This document shows positions 56,424-64,000 of a stretch of DNA of 64,000 bases, piece after piece. The stretch's first letter is position 1, and each line of letters opens with the position of its first letter. Position numbers and translations under genes: made by a program. The notes below the pieces were generated by a model, which ran no database searches, was not told the DNA's origin, and saw nothing but the letters and a program-made list of their open reading frames with translations. The stretch lies in the NCBI GenBank assembly GCA_963719085.1, contig CAVRAL010000004.1:160001-224000 (forward strand), written 5' to 3'. This DNA comes from a candidate division FCPU426 bacterium. GTDB lineage: Bacteria; Oederibacteriota; Muellerivitia; Muellerivitales; Muellerivitaceae.

Positions 56424-57388
56424 GAGATACGGACCTGGCCCCGGCCTAAAAGATCATGCAAGTGGACCAGCCCCACGGGCTTCTGATGGGCGTCCGCCAC
56501 GATGAGCTGGAAAATAGCGCTCTCTTCCATCAACTGCAGGGCTTCCCCCAGTGTCATATCGGGGGAAATGGTCTTGGGCCGGGGCGTGCGCAGGTTCGAA
56601 GCGTTCCAATGCTTCACATCGGACTTTTGGAAGAGGGCCCGGCGCAAATCCCCATCCACGATGATGCCGGCGAGTTTTTTCTTGCCGTCCACCACCAGGG
56701 TACAGCCCACTTTTTTATCGTTGATTTCACGCACAATGCCTTGGAAGTGGGCGCTCAAGGAAACCCTGGGGATCTGGTCGCCCTTGCGCATCACGTCGGA
56801 AACTTTTAATTGAAGGCGCCGGCCCAAATCCCCGCCCGGATGATTGTGCGCGAAGTCTTTTTCGGTGAATCCCCGCTCCTCATATAACGCCACGGCCAAG
56901 GCGTCCCCCATGGCCATGAGGGCGGTGGAGCTGGCCGTGGGAGAAAGGTTGAGGGAGCAGGCTTCTTTTGAGACTCCCACATTGACCACCACGTCGGCTT
57001 GACGGGCCAAACCGGATTCCGTCTGGCCGGTAAACAGGATAATTTTACAGCCCACCCGTTTTAAAATGGGAATCAGTATCTTCAGTTCGTCGGTCTCGCC
57101 GCTATTGGACAAAGCCAGCACCACATCCGACTTGGTCACCATCCCGAGGTCCCCGTGCAGGGCTTCGGCGGGGCTGAGCACGAAGGAGGGCGTGCCGGTC
57201 GATGAAAGCGTCGAGGCGATTTTTTGGCCGACCAACCCTGACTTGCCCATTCCGGTCACCACGACCCGGCCCCGGCCTTTGGAGACGATTTCCACCGCCT
57301 TGTTAAAGGAGGACCCGACCTTGCGGGCCACTTCCAAAAGTCCATGGGCTTCCAAGGTCAAAACTCGTCGCGCGGTGGGCACACTCAT
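56420..57388 (-). CDS. kdsD: Arabinose 5-phosphate isomerase (KpsF/GutQ) with CBS domains
   Basis: TGMGKSG, EALHGDLG, SNSGET, PTASST, HPGG and CBS DGDLRR. Confidence 0.95.
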   Translation of the reverse strand: MSVPTARRVLTLEAHGLLEVARKVGSSFNKAVEIVSKGRGRVVVTGMGKSGLVGQKIASTLSSTGTPSFVLSPAEALHGDLGMVTKSDVVLALSNSGETDELKILIPILKRVGCKIILFTGQTESGLARQADVVVNVGVSKEACSLNLSPTASSTALMAMGDALAVALYEERGFTEKDFAHNHPGGDLGRRLQLKVSDVMRKGDQIPRVSLSAHFQGIVREINDKKVGCTLVVDGKKKLAGIIVDGDLRRALFQKSDVKHWNASNLRTPRPKTISPDMTLGEALQLMEESAIFQLIVADAHQKPVGLVHLHDLLGRGQVRIS

Positions 57389-57404
57389 GATGTTTAATCC
57401 TTTG

Positions 57405-58124
57405 TCAGCGGTTATGCATGGGCAGATAAAGATACCGGCCGCAATCGCACCGGGTCAACTGCCGGCTGTTTTTGGCTTCCATCAAAAGCAAGGGCGCCAC
57501 CGCCATATGGCAGCCGCCGCAAGTGTTGTCATCCAAGACCGCCGCCACGGCGATCTTTTTCCCCCGGCCGCGCAAGGCCTCGTAACCCCGGGCCTCTTCC
57601 TCGGGCAAGGCGGCCAAATGGGTTTGCCGTTCGGCTTTTTTCTCCGCCATCGCCTTCTCGCAATCGGCGATTTGAAGGTTGATTTCGGCTTTTTCCTCAG
57701 CGGTCTTTTTTTCGTCCGCCGCGATTTGGACGCTTAAGGACTGCAGCTTGGCCTTTTGGGAATCCTCCAAGAAAAGAATCTCCAGAACCTTTTCCTCGAG
57801 CTTATTTTTTTCTTCCTTGTGCTTCTCGATCTCGAGCTTGAGCGCCTCATATTCTTTGTTGCTTTTGACCTCGTCCAGCTGGCTTTGATAGCGGGTCAAC
57901 TTCGTCTCCAGGGCGCCGATCTCAATCTCATAAGTTTTGCGTTGTTTGGCGTGGCCTTCTTGGGCCTTTTTTTCCTCCAGCGCCTGGTTTTTCAGGGCCG
58001 AGACCTGGGCCGCCGCTAGGGCCAATTTATCCAAAAGCGATTGACGGTGTTTTTCCAACTGATCGTGGCCCGAATCGGCGGTTTGCAGCTCGACCAGCTT
58101 ATTGATGATTTCAGTGAGGGACAC
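57405..58124 (-). CDS. Coiled-coil protein with a C-terminal C4 zinc ribbon (DUF164/CT398-like)
   Basis: LVELQ..D, long coiled coil, SNKEY.AL..EI and CGGC...CDC.RYLY. Confidence 0.9.
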   Translation of the reverse strand: MSLTEIINKLVELQTADSGHDQLEKHRQSLLDKLALAAAQVSALKNQALEEKKAQEGHAKQRKTYEIEIGALETKLTRYQSQLDEVKSNKEYEALKLEIEKHKEEKNKLEEKVLEILFLEDSQKAKLQSLSVQIAADEKKTAEEKAEINLQIADCEKAMAEKKAERQTHLAALPEEEARGYEALRGRGKKIAVAAVLDDNTCGGCHMAVAPLLLMEAKNSRQLTRCDCGRYLYLPMHNR

Positions 58125-58279
58125 GGTTTTTCCTTTGGCCGTAGGACGCCAAGCGTCCGCAGGGATTGAAGTTTAACACGCGCCCCAGTTGGCTCCAAGG
58201 GGAAAGCCGGGTAGGATAAGGCCGTTAAAACTAGCCAGCGCCCGCCGCCGCGCGACGGTGGGTCGGATTTGAGGACTTC

Positions 58280-58759
58280 GTGAACGAGGACGCGAAAAAG
58301 AAACTATTACAGATGGTTCCCCACGCCCTTTACATTTTGACCAGCCAGACGCCTTTTGATCAGGTGGCCTCCACCGTCAGCTGGCTCACCCAAGCTTCCT
58401 TTGACCCGCCGCTTTTGATGGCGGCGGTGCGCCGGGATACGGATACCTATCATGTGGCGCATCAAGCCCACGCCTTCGTGATCAACTTTTTAGGAAAAGA
58501 CCAGGCCCCCATCGCCCAAAAATTTTTCAAACACGCCGAGTTAAAAGACGGCACTCTGTCCGGAGAGGCTTTCGAACGCACGCCCATCCTGGGTTTCCCC
58601 TACTTCCCTCACCTGGCGGGCTATCTGGAATGCCGGGTGACGGACGAGGTGGACCGGGGCGACCACACGGTATTGGTGGCCCAAGTGGTCGGGGCGGAGC
58701 TAAAAATCGCCGAAGGCCCGCTGCTTCTCTCGTCGACGAAGTGGCAATACGGGGGCTAG
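58280..58759 (+). CDS. Flavin reductase family protein
   Basis: SWLTQASFDPPL, FVINFL and LECRV...GDHTV motifs. Confidence 0.9.
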   Translation: MNEDAKKKLLQMVPHALYILTSQTPFDQVASTVSWLTQASFDPPLLMAAVRRDTDTYHVAHQAHAFVINFLGKDQAPIAQKFFKHAELKDGTLSGEAFERTPILGFPYFPHLAGYLECRVTDEVDRGDHTVLVAQVVGAELKIAEGPLLLSSTKWQYGG

Positions 58760-58774
58760 TCCTCAAAAAATCTT

Positions 58775-59042
58775 TTTCACCGCCAAGACGTCCCGCAAGC
58801 CTGTTCCAAGCTGACCATGCGGGACAGTGCCGCCCCCTTTAACTGCCTTATCGAGAGGCGGCCGCCAAGTTCGCCAAGTAAACCTTAAAACAAAAAACCA
58901 GCAGAGGTTAAAACCCCTACTGGTTTGATCTTTCGCCGTTCTTGGCGCACTTGGCGTCTTGCACCGCCCCTCTTCAAAAAAATTAATGAGGGCGGCATGT
59001 CCCGCTTAGTGGGCCCATGCAGGGCCAGCGGGAGCGTTGAAA
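58775..59042. repeat. Family A REP-like element with a 72-nt double-hairpin insert in each arm
   Basis: Arms match the 34834-34952 copy but are interrupted at 58791-58862 and 58962-59033. Confidence 0.78.
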
Positions 59043-59055
59043 TTGTTTTTCTTGC

Positions 59056-59637
59056 TTAGTTCGCGTTAAGTCGCTTTAAGAGTTCCTCGCGGGAAATCGC
59101 CTTGTCCACATGCACCTCAAAACCCGTGCGGTTCTGGCGGTTCATATCCGGCATCAAAACCGTGGAGGCCCCTTCATAAAGGGAGTCAAATAGGGTCTTC
59201 AAGGCGTTTTCCAAATCTTCCTGGCTCTCGGCGTTATAGGGGGCGGCCAAGCGGTCATTGACGAAAACCTGAAAGTGGTTGGTGGCGAAAGTCATCTTGC
59301 CGGCCAACTCCGGTTCTTTTTCCAAAAGGTCCGTCGCCAGGAGGGCCCGCCGAAACGCGGTCTTCAAATGATCCAGTCCGCCCTTGTCCGTCGGGCGTTT
59401 CTGGGTGTAAAGCAATCCCCGGTGTCCCAGCGTCTCATCCAGGCTGTAGTTGGCCTCATGGGCGATGAGCAAAACGCCCGGCCCCTGGTACAGATGGGTG
59501 TACTGGGCCACGTCGATGAGCAGGCCTTCCAGCTTATTTTCCTGAATCCAACGGTGGAAAATAGGGATGAAGACGCTCAAGGGAACATGGGAGTCTTTTT
59601 CCACGAAAAATTTCACGCCGACTTTTTGCAAATCCAT
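59056..59637 (-). CDS. Conserved hypothetical protein downstream of sulfite/nitrite reductase
   Basis: Clean ORF with RBS; FIPIFHRWIQ...LLIDVAQYTH..QGPGVLLIAHEANYSLD. Confidence 0.75.
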   Translation of the reverse strand: MDLQKVGVKFFVEKDSHVPLSVFIPIFHRWIQENKLEGLLIDVAQYTHLYQGPGVLLIAHEANYSLDETLGHRGLLYTQKRPTDKGGLDHLKTAFRRALLATDLLEKEPELAGKMTFATNHFQVFVNDRLAAPYNAESQEDLENALKTLFDSLYEGASTVLMPDMNRQNRTGFEVHVDKAISREELLKRLNAN

Positions 59638-59715
59638 TTTGTTTCCCTTGAACCATTAATATTAATTGATGCGTTCGTCCACAAACACAGCGGGCCACCG
59701 TCCGGCGTAGCCGGA

Positions 59716-61992
59716 TTATTTCACCGGCATCGGCGCGGCCGAGGGGGCCGTAGGCATATTGGCCACGTAGCTATGGACCGCCTCGAGAAACAATTGGGCC
59801 TCTTCGACCCGGTGATGCGCCTCATCGGCATTGGCGTTGGGCAGACGGTTGTCGTGAGCCTTGAACAGATAGGCCGCGAACTGGGTGTTGTTCACGTGCT
59901 TCACGAAATCACCCGTGTCGAAAAAAAACTTCTTAAAATCAGCCACGGTCTGGTCGGCTTTACCCGTGTATTCCCGGTCCCGGGTGCGCAAGACCGCTTC
60001 CGCCGAGTGGATAAAGGACTGGTAGGCCAGATCCACGGCGCCCGACAGGTTTTGTTTTTCCAGTTCCACTTGGGCCTCAAACACCTTGCTTTCGGCGGCG
60101 GTCAGGGAAAATTCATAAGGACTCACCACTTCCCCGGCGCATTCCCCCTTTCCGATATCGGCGATGGTGTATTCGCGCGGGTCCGCCCAATCGGTGTAAA
60201 GATCCGGGTCAAAATCATGGGCCGGAATCACCGTCAGGTCTTGAAGCAAATTCTTAATCTCCACCTTACCCAACCGGCGCACAAAGGCTTGGAAGCTCTC
60301 GTCCTTTTGGCGTTCTTTGGAAAATTTTTGGGTCAAGCGCTCGATGGCTTCCGGAATCCGTTTGGAGGGGACCGCCGCCACGGCCAAGCCGTAGGCTTCG
60401 CCGTTGTTTTTACGCTGACCGCCGATGACCAATTGGAAATGCGGCACCGCGTAAGAACCCGACTTGCGGGACACGCCGTAAAATCCTAAGTCCGACACGT
60501 GATGCTGGCTGCAGGAATTGGGGCAACCGCTGACCTTGATCCGAAGACTCTTCACTTCCTCCGGCATCGAGGCGGCTTTGGCGTCCAGTTCCACCATCAG
60601 CTCGCGGGAAAGCCCGCGGGAAGCCGAGATCCCCAGCTTGCAGGTATCGGTGCCCGGGCAGGAAGTGATATCCGTGATGGTCCCGAACCCGGCGGCGTTT
60701 AAGCCCACCGTGGCCAGTTCCTCATAAATCGCCGGAAGATCGGCCTCGGGAATCCAACGGAAAGCCAGGTTTTGCTCCACGGTCGTGCGGACGCTTTCTT
60801 TTGTATATTTACGGGCGATGCCGGCCATCACCCGCATTTGGGCCGCGGTCAGGTCGCCCAAAGGCGCCTTCACGTAAACCACCACATAACCGTATTGGGG
60901 CTGGGGATAAACGTTGGTCTTGCGCCATTCCAAAAAACCCTTGGGATAAGAGGTGGCCTTCAAAGCCGTGGCGGGCTGGGAGGGTTTTTCCACTTCCTTG
61001 AGCGATTGTTGGATAAGGCCGGTCCAGCGCGGATCCGGGGTCAATACTTTCAGTTCCTCGTCGATCAAACGGCGGAACTCGTCGATGCCGAGCTTCGCCA
61101 CCAAAAACTTAATCCGGGCCATGCCTCGGATTTTTTTCTCGCCCAACCGGCCATAAACCCGGGCCACGGCCTGGGACACCGGAAGCATGTCTTCCACGGG
61201 ACGGTTCTCATAGAGAAGCTTGGCGTTATAAGGTACGGGGCCTAAGCCGCCGCCCACATAAATATCAAAAGCGTGTTTTTCTTGGCCGTTGACCGTGATC
61301 TTTTTGGCGATGAAACCCATGTCATGCATGTTGACGAGACCGCAGGCTTCTCCCGCGCAGCCCGAGAAGGCCGGCTTGAACTTACGGCCGAAATCCTGGG
61401 CGTCCGGATGGCCCAGCATGAATTTAAAAAAGGCGCGGGCATAGGGAGTAACGTCAAAGGCTTCCGTGCGGCAGACCCCGGCGATGGGGCAGGCGGTAAT
61501 ATTACGCACCGAGTTCCCACAGGCTTCCCGGGTGGTGATGCCCACCGCGGCCAGACGGCGCATGATGTCCGGCGCGTCTTCTATATGGATGAAATGCAGT
61601 TGGATGGCCTGACGGGTCGTGATATGGCTGATGCCGTCGGAGTATTCCTCGGACAGATCGGCCATGGTTTCCATCTGGGCGGCGTTGATGCCTCCCCAAG
61701 GAAACTTAATGCGAAGCATTCCGGGAGCGTCCCAATAGGTGTCGGGGCCTTTCCAGACGCCTTGGGTGGGGAAAGCCAGTTTTCGCACTTGCTTGCCGTC
61801 GTTGCGGTGGCCGTTGTCATAGCGTTGGCCGTAGGCGCCCCGGCGCAGGCGGGTTTCGGCGAAAATCCGGGGCTCAATCTTGCCCTGCTTGTTCAGCTGG
61901 ATTTGGGCCTCAAACTCATCCAGTTCCTTCGCCCAATCCGGCGGCATCACGTCTTGCAGGAGACTTTTCCAGGTTTTCGTCGGCTCGGTCAT
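59716..61992 (-). CDS. Ferredoxin-dependent sulfite/nitrite reductase (siroheme, 4Fe-4S) with a C-terminal HEPN-like helical domain
   Basis: HITTRQAIQ, ACGNSVRN, GRKFK, CPGTDTC and SGCPNSC; start ATG 61992. Confidence 0.92.
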   Translation of the reverse strand: MTEPTKTWKSLLQDVMPPDWAKELDEFEAQIQLNKQGKIEPRIFAETRLRRGAYGQRYDNGHRNDGKQVRKLAFPTQGVWKGPDTYWDAPGMLRIKFPWGGINAAQMETMADLSEEYSDGISHITTRQAIQLHFIHIEDAPDIMRRLAAVGITTREACGNSVRNITACPIAGVCRTEAFDVTPYARAFFKFMLGHPDAQDFGRKFKPAFSGCAGEACGLVNMHDMGFIAKKITVNGQEKHAFDIYVGGGLGPVPYNAKLLYENRPVEDMLPVSQAVARVYGRLGEKKIRGMARIKFLVAKLGIDEFRRLIDEELKVLTPDPRWTGLIQQSLKEVEKPSQPATALKATSYPKGFLEWRKTNVYPQPQYGYVVVYVKAPLGDLTAAQMRVMAGIARKYTKESVRTTVEQNLAFRWIPEADLPAIYEELATVGLNAAGFGTITDITSCPGTDTCKLGISASRGLSRELMVELDAKAASMPEEVKSLRIKVSGCPNSCSQHHVSDLGFYGVSRKSGSYAVPHFQLVIGGQRKNNGEAYGLAVAAVPSKRIPEAIERLTQKFSKERQKDESFQAFVRRLGKVEIKNLLQDLTVIPAHDFDPDLYTDWADPREYTIADIGKGECAGEVVSPYEFSLTAAESKVFEAQVELEKQNLSGAVDLAYQSFIHSAEAVLRTRDREYTGKADQTVADFKKFFFDTGDFVKHVNNTQFAAYLFKAHDNRLPNANADEAHHRVEEAQLFLEAVHSYVANMPTAPSAAPMPVK

Positions 61993-62089
61993 GCCAAAAC
62001 CCCTTTTTACGCGCTTGTTTAAGAAATTGATCCACTGGCCCCGTTGTCGGGTGATTGCGGGAGTAAACCGTACAGTAATAGAAGCTGTT

Positions 62090-62308
62090 TTAAAAATCAA
62101 TAAAGCAATTGGAAACCCAGGACCGCTTAAACCGGGCCGGAAACCGCGCGATCCCGACCCCGCCAAACCTTCGTTTCCACGCCGCGCTCATCCGCTCGGA
62201 TTGAAGCCCCGCCAATTCCTCGTCTTTTTGATAAGCGGCAAAGAATTCTTCGGCGGGAAAAACCACCCAATGGATCTCGGTCAAAACCTTTTCTTCGTTG
62301 GTTTCCAT
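62090..62308 (-). CDS. Possible small hypothetical protein
   Basis: ATG with a purine-rich upstream sequence (GAGAAGG); fills the gap between DinB and the reductase; no motif recognised. Confidence 0.35.
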   Translation of the reverse strand: METNEEKVLTEIHWVVFPAEEFFAAYQKDEELAGLQSERMSAAWKRRFGGVGIARFPARFKRSWVSNCFIDF

Positions 62309-62437
62309 GGCCTTCTCAATCCGTCCCCCCTAGCGGGCCATGATCCGCGCGGCTTTTCGCTCTATTCCCTGAAAAGATCGGTCTTGACCCGGGACAAGGT
62401 TAGAACGGCGACTAAGACAAACGGAGTTTTAACCGAT

Positions 62438-62995
62438 CTAACGCTTCTTCCATTCGGCGTAGCGGCGGCCCATTTGGGCCAAGTGATGGTCCAGATGCCA
62501 AATATTCAGCCCTACTAGATATTCCAAAGAAAGCGTTCCCCATTCGGGATGCTTGACCTTTCCCCGCCAAGCCTTCGTCCCCACCCGTTTGAGAAGATCC
62601 GCGTTGGCGTCGCGCAAAAGAACGATCAGGGCCCGGGCCTGAACCGGGTTCGCCTTGGAATAAAGAAGTCCTCGGCTCCACTTTTCTTGGTCATAGGGAG
62701 AGACGATTTGTCCCCGCTCCGCCACCGCCCGGCGCAGACGGACATAAAGATTGGCTTCCTGATCCGCCAAATGCCACAAGACCTGGGTGATGGTCCAGTT
62801 TCCTTTTAGACGGGTATAGCGCCACATGCCTTGGGGAAATTTTTTAAGCGTAGCCGTCAACCGTTTGGACCCTTGGGCGAAAGCCGCCAATTTTTTAGCC
62901 CGGGTCCAGCCCTGGACCTTTTCTTTCATGGCGGCCAGTTCTTGTTCCAAAAGTTTCGAGCCCCGCAAGGCGGCGGGAGACGGCAAGGGTTTCAT
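62438..62995 (-). CDS. DinB/YfiT family protein
   Basis: WTITQVLWHLADQE, PYDQEKW, HPEWG and HLDHHLAQ; RBS GAGGAG. Confidence 0.88.
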   Translation of the reverse strand: MKPLPSPAALRGSKLLEQELAAMKEKVQGWTRAKKLAAFAQGSKRLTATLKKFPQGMWRYTRLKGNWTITQVLWHLADQEANLYVRLRRAVAERGQIVSPYDQEKWSRGLLYSKANPVQARALIVLLRDANADLLKRVGTKAWRGKVKHPEWGTLSLEYLVGLNIWHLDHHLAQMGRRYAEWKKR

Positions 62996-63110
62996 GATTT
63001 CTCCTCAAGGGATAAATGGAGGGTCCATGATAGAAAAATCCAGGTTGAAAGAAAAGACGCCCTCCGCGCGGACACTTAACCGCGGGCGGGCGTCCGATTT
63101 CCTCAAATAC

Positions 63111-63608
63111 TTACATATGGCTGGGTACGGTCGGCCCCTCATTGAGGCTCAAGAGGGTAAAGTTCAAATAAGACTCGAACAGAACCCAAACCATGACCGG
63201 AGCCAATAAGAAAAAGGCCGTGATCGTCAGGTAAGAAAAAGAAACGACCGTTCCCAAAACAAACATCCATAAAACCAGCAGCTCAACAAAAGCCACGAAA
63301 GGATGTTTGAGTTTGAAAAAGAAAAGAGGCCAAAGCGCGCTTAAAATCAATTGAAAGGCGAAGACCACCAGCGCGATGGTTCGGCCATGGGTCGCGGCAG
63401 GCATGCGCCAAACCAGGTAAAGCGCGCATCCCATCAGGGCATAGACGCCTGCCCAGGCCCATTCAAAGACAACGCCAGGCGGTTGAAGGACCGATTTGCG
63501 CAGGCCTTTGTACCAAGAGCTGGAAGTGAACTGGGTGAAGAGGCCTGTCGCGCCGGCGGCTTCACAAATTAAAACACAGGCGATAAGAACTAAAAAATTA
63601 AAGTGCAT
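63111..63608 (-). CDS. tspO: TspO/MBR family tryptophan-rich sensory protein
   Basis: WY.GL.K...PPG.VF..AW...YALMG, QLILSALW.LFFF and LNF; 5 TM segments. Confidence 0.9.
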   Translation of the reverse strand: MHFNFLVLIACVLICEAAGATGLFTQFTSSSWYKGLRKSVLQPPGVVFEWAWAGVYALMGCALYLVWRMPAATHGRTIALVVFAFQLILSALWPLFFFKLKHPFVAFVELLVLWMFVLGTVVSFSYLTITAFFLLAPVMVWVLFESYLNFTLLSLNEGPTVPSHM

Positions 63609-63826
63609 GAGGGACCTCCCGGAACAAAGAAGAAAACACCGGAAGCCGTTGAAGTCCCAAGGGCCTTGGGGGAACCCACGCCCCTACTCTCGGCTTCACC
63701 CTTAGCCTCCGCCTATTCTCAACTGGTTTCAAGGTCTGGGGGGCGCGCGGAAAGTAATGGGTTACCCTTGGATAATTGAGTGATCGGAATTGACCCCCTG
63801 TCGGTCTTTTCCCTCTCAAAATGAGA

Positions 63827-63857
63827 AAGCCCATTTCCCGTTACAGGAAATGGGCTT
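63827..63857 (-). terminator. Terminator-like hairpin after the last gene
   Basis: AAGCCCATTTCC-CGTTACA-GGAAATGGGCTT. Confidence 0.65.
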
Positions 63858-63874
63858 GGGGCTTCAGCGCTTTT

Positions 63875-64000
63875 TCAGCCTTGAGCGAACACCGCCGCGA
63901 AAGTCTTGGCGAATTCCTCGATCGTCGTCTTGCCCCGGCGCTCGGCCGTGAATTCTTGGGTTGAATGAATCTTCCCGGCCATTCCGCCTGCGTACATCTC
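63875..64000 (-). CDS. C-terminal fragment of a probable NmrA-like NAD(P)-binding protein
   Basis: Hand translation EMYAGGMAGKIHSTQEFTAERRGKTTIEEFAKTFAAVFAQG* resembles NmrA-family C-termini; followed by a hairpin. Confidence 0.5.
   Translation of the reverse strand, partial: EMYAGGMAGKIHSTQEFTAERRGKTTIEEFAKTFAAVFAQG

Noticed and set aside
58125..58279. RNase P RNA or tRNA near the zinc-ribbon gene
   Set aside because: The gap is too short and lacks the conserved motifs.
58775..59042. Possible mini-CRISPR array
   Set aside because: The units are inverted rather than direct repeats, there are only two, and no cas genes are present.
63609..63826. Possible ncRNA or riboswitch upstream of tspO
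   Set aside because: Only short hairpins are present and no known family pattern is recognisable by eye; an Infernal search would be needed.

Overview
A 64-kb, gene-dense, GC-rich chromosomal window from a diderm (LPS-making) bacterium; almost every gene is on the minus strand. I found no rRNA, tRNA, CRISPR array, integrase or transposase. Contents, left to right: (1) a sugar ABC transporter with a divergent GH3 beta-glucosidase; (2) a glycosylation locus with a GT-C/PMT-PA14 fusion, a polyprenol-phosphate glycosyltransferase, a Cys-rich GT9, a GH125-like hydrolase and a TMEM260/DUF2723-like GT-C; (3) beta-carbonic anhydrase, a KimA/KUP-like transporter fused to a USP domain, GH127 and an MFS pump; (4) a translationally coupled Ser/Thr kinase-WD40 and FHA-nucleotidyl cyclase pair, where the cyclase has Gln at the usual Lys/Glu base-selecting position; (5) a compact bufferin-type RiPP cluster (DUF2282-DUF692-DUF2063) divergent from yceI, with ECF-type promoters between them; (6) a DEAD-box helicase; (7) the conserved kdsD-kdsC-lpxL-lptCAB-rpoN-hpf-ptsN-hprK-PTS(Man)-ptsH-ptsI superoperon, interrupted by an inositol-lipid cassette (PIP synthase, ino1, S1/P1 enzyme, amidohydrolase) and by a GH57 enzyme coupled between EIIB and EIIC; (8) sulfite/nitrite reductase, DinB and TspO genes. 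Intergenic DNA carries several REP-like palindrome families. One copy has a 72-nt double-hairpin unit inserted in each arm, with conserved stems and loops of equal length but different sequence. All calls come from motif recognition by eye; no database searches were run.
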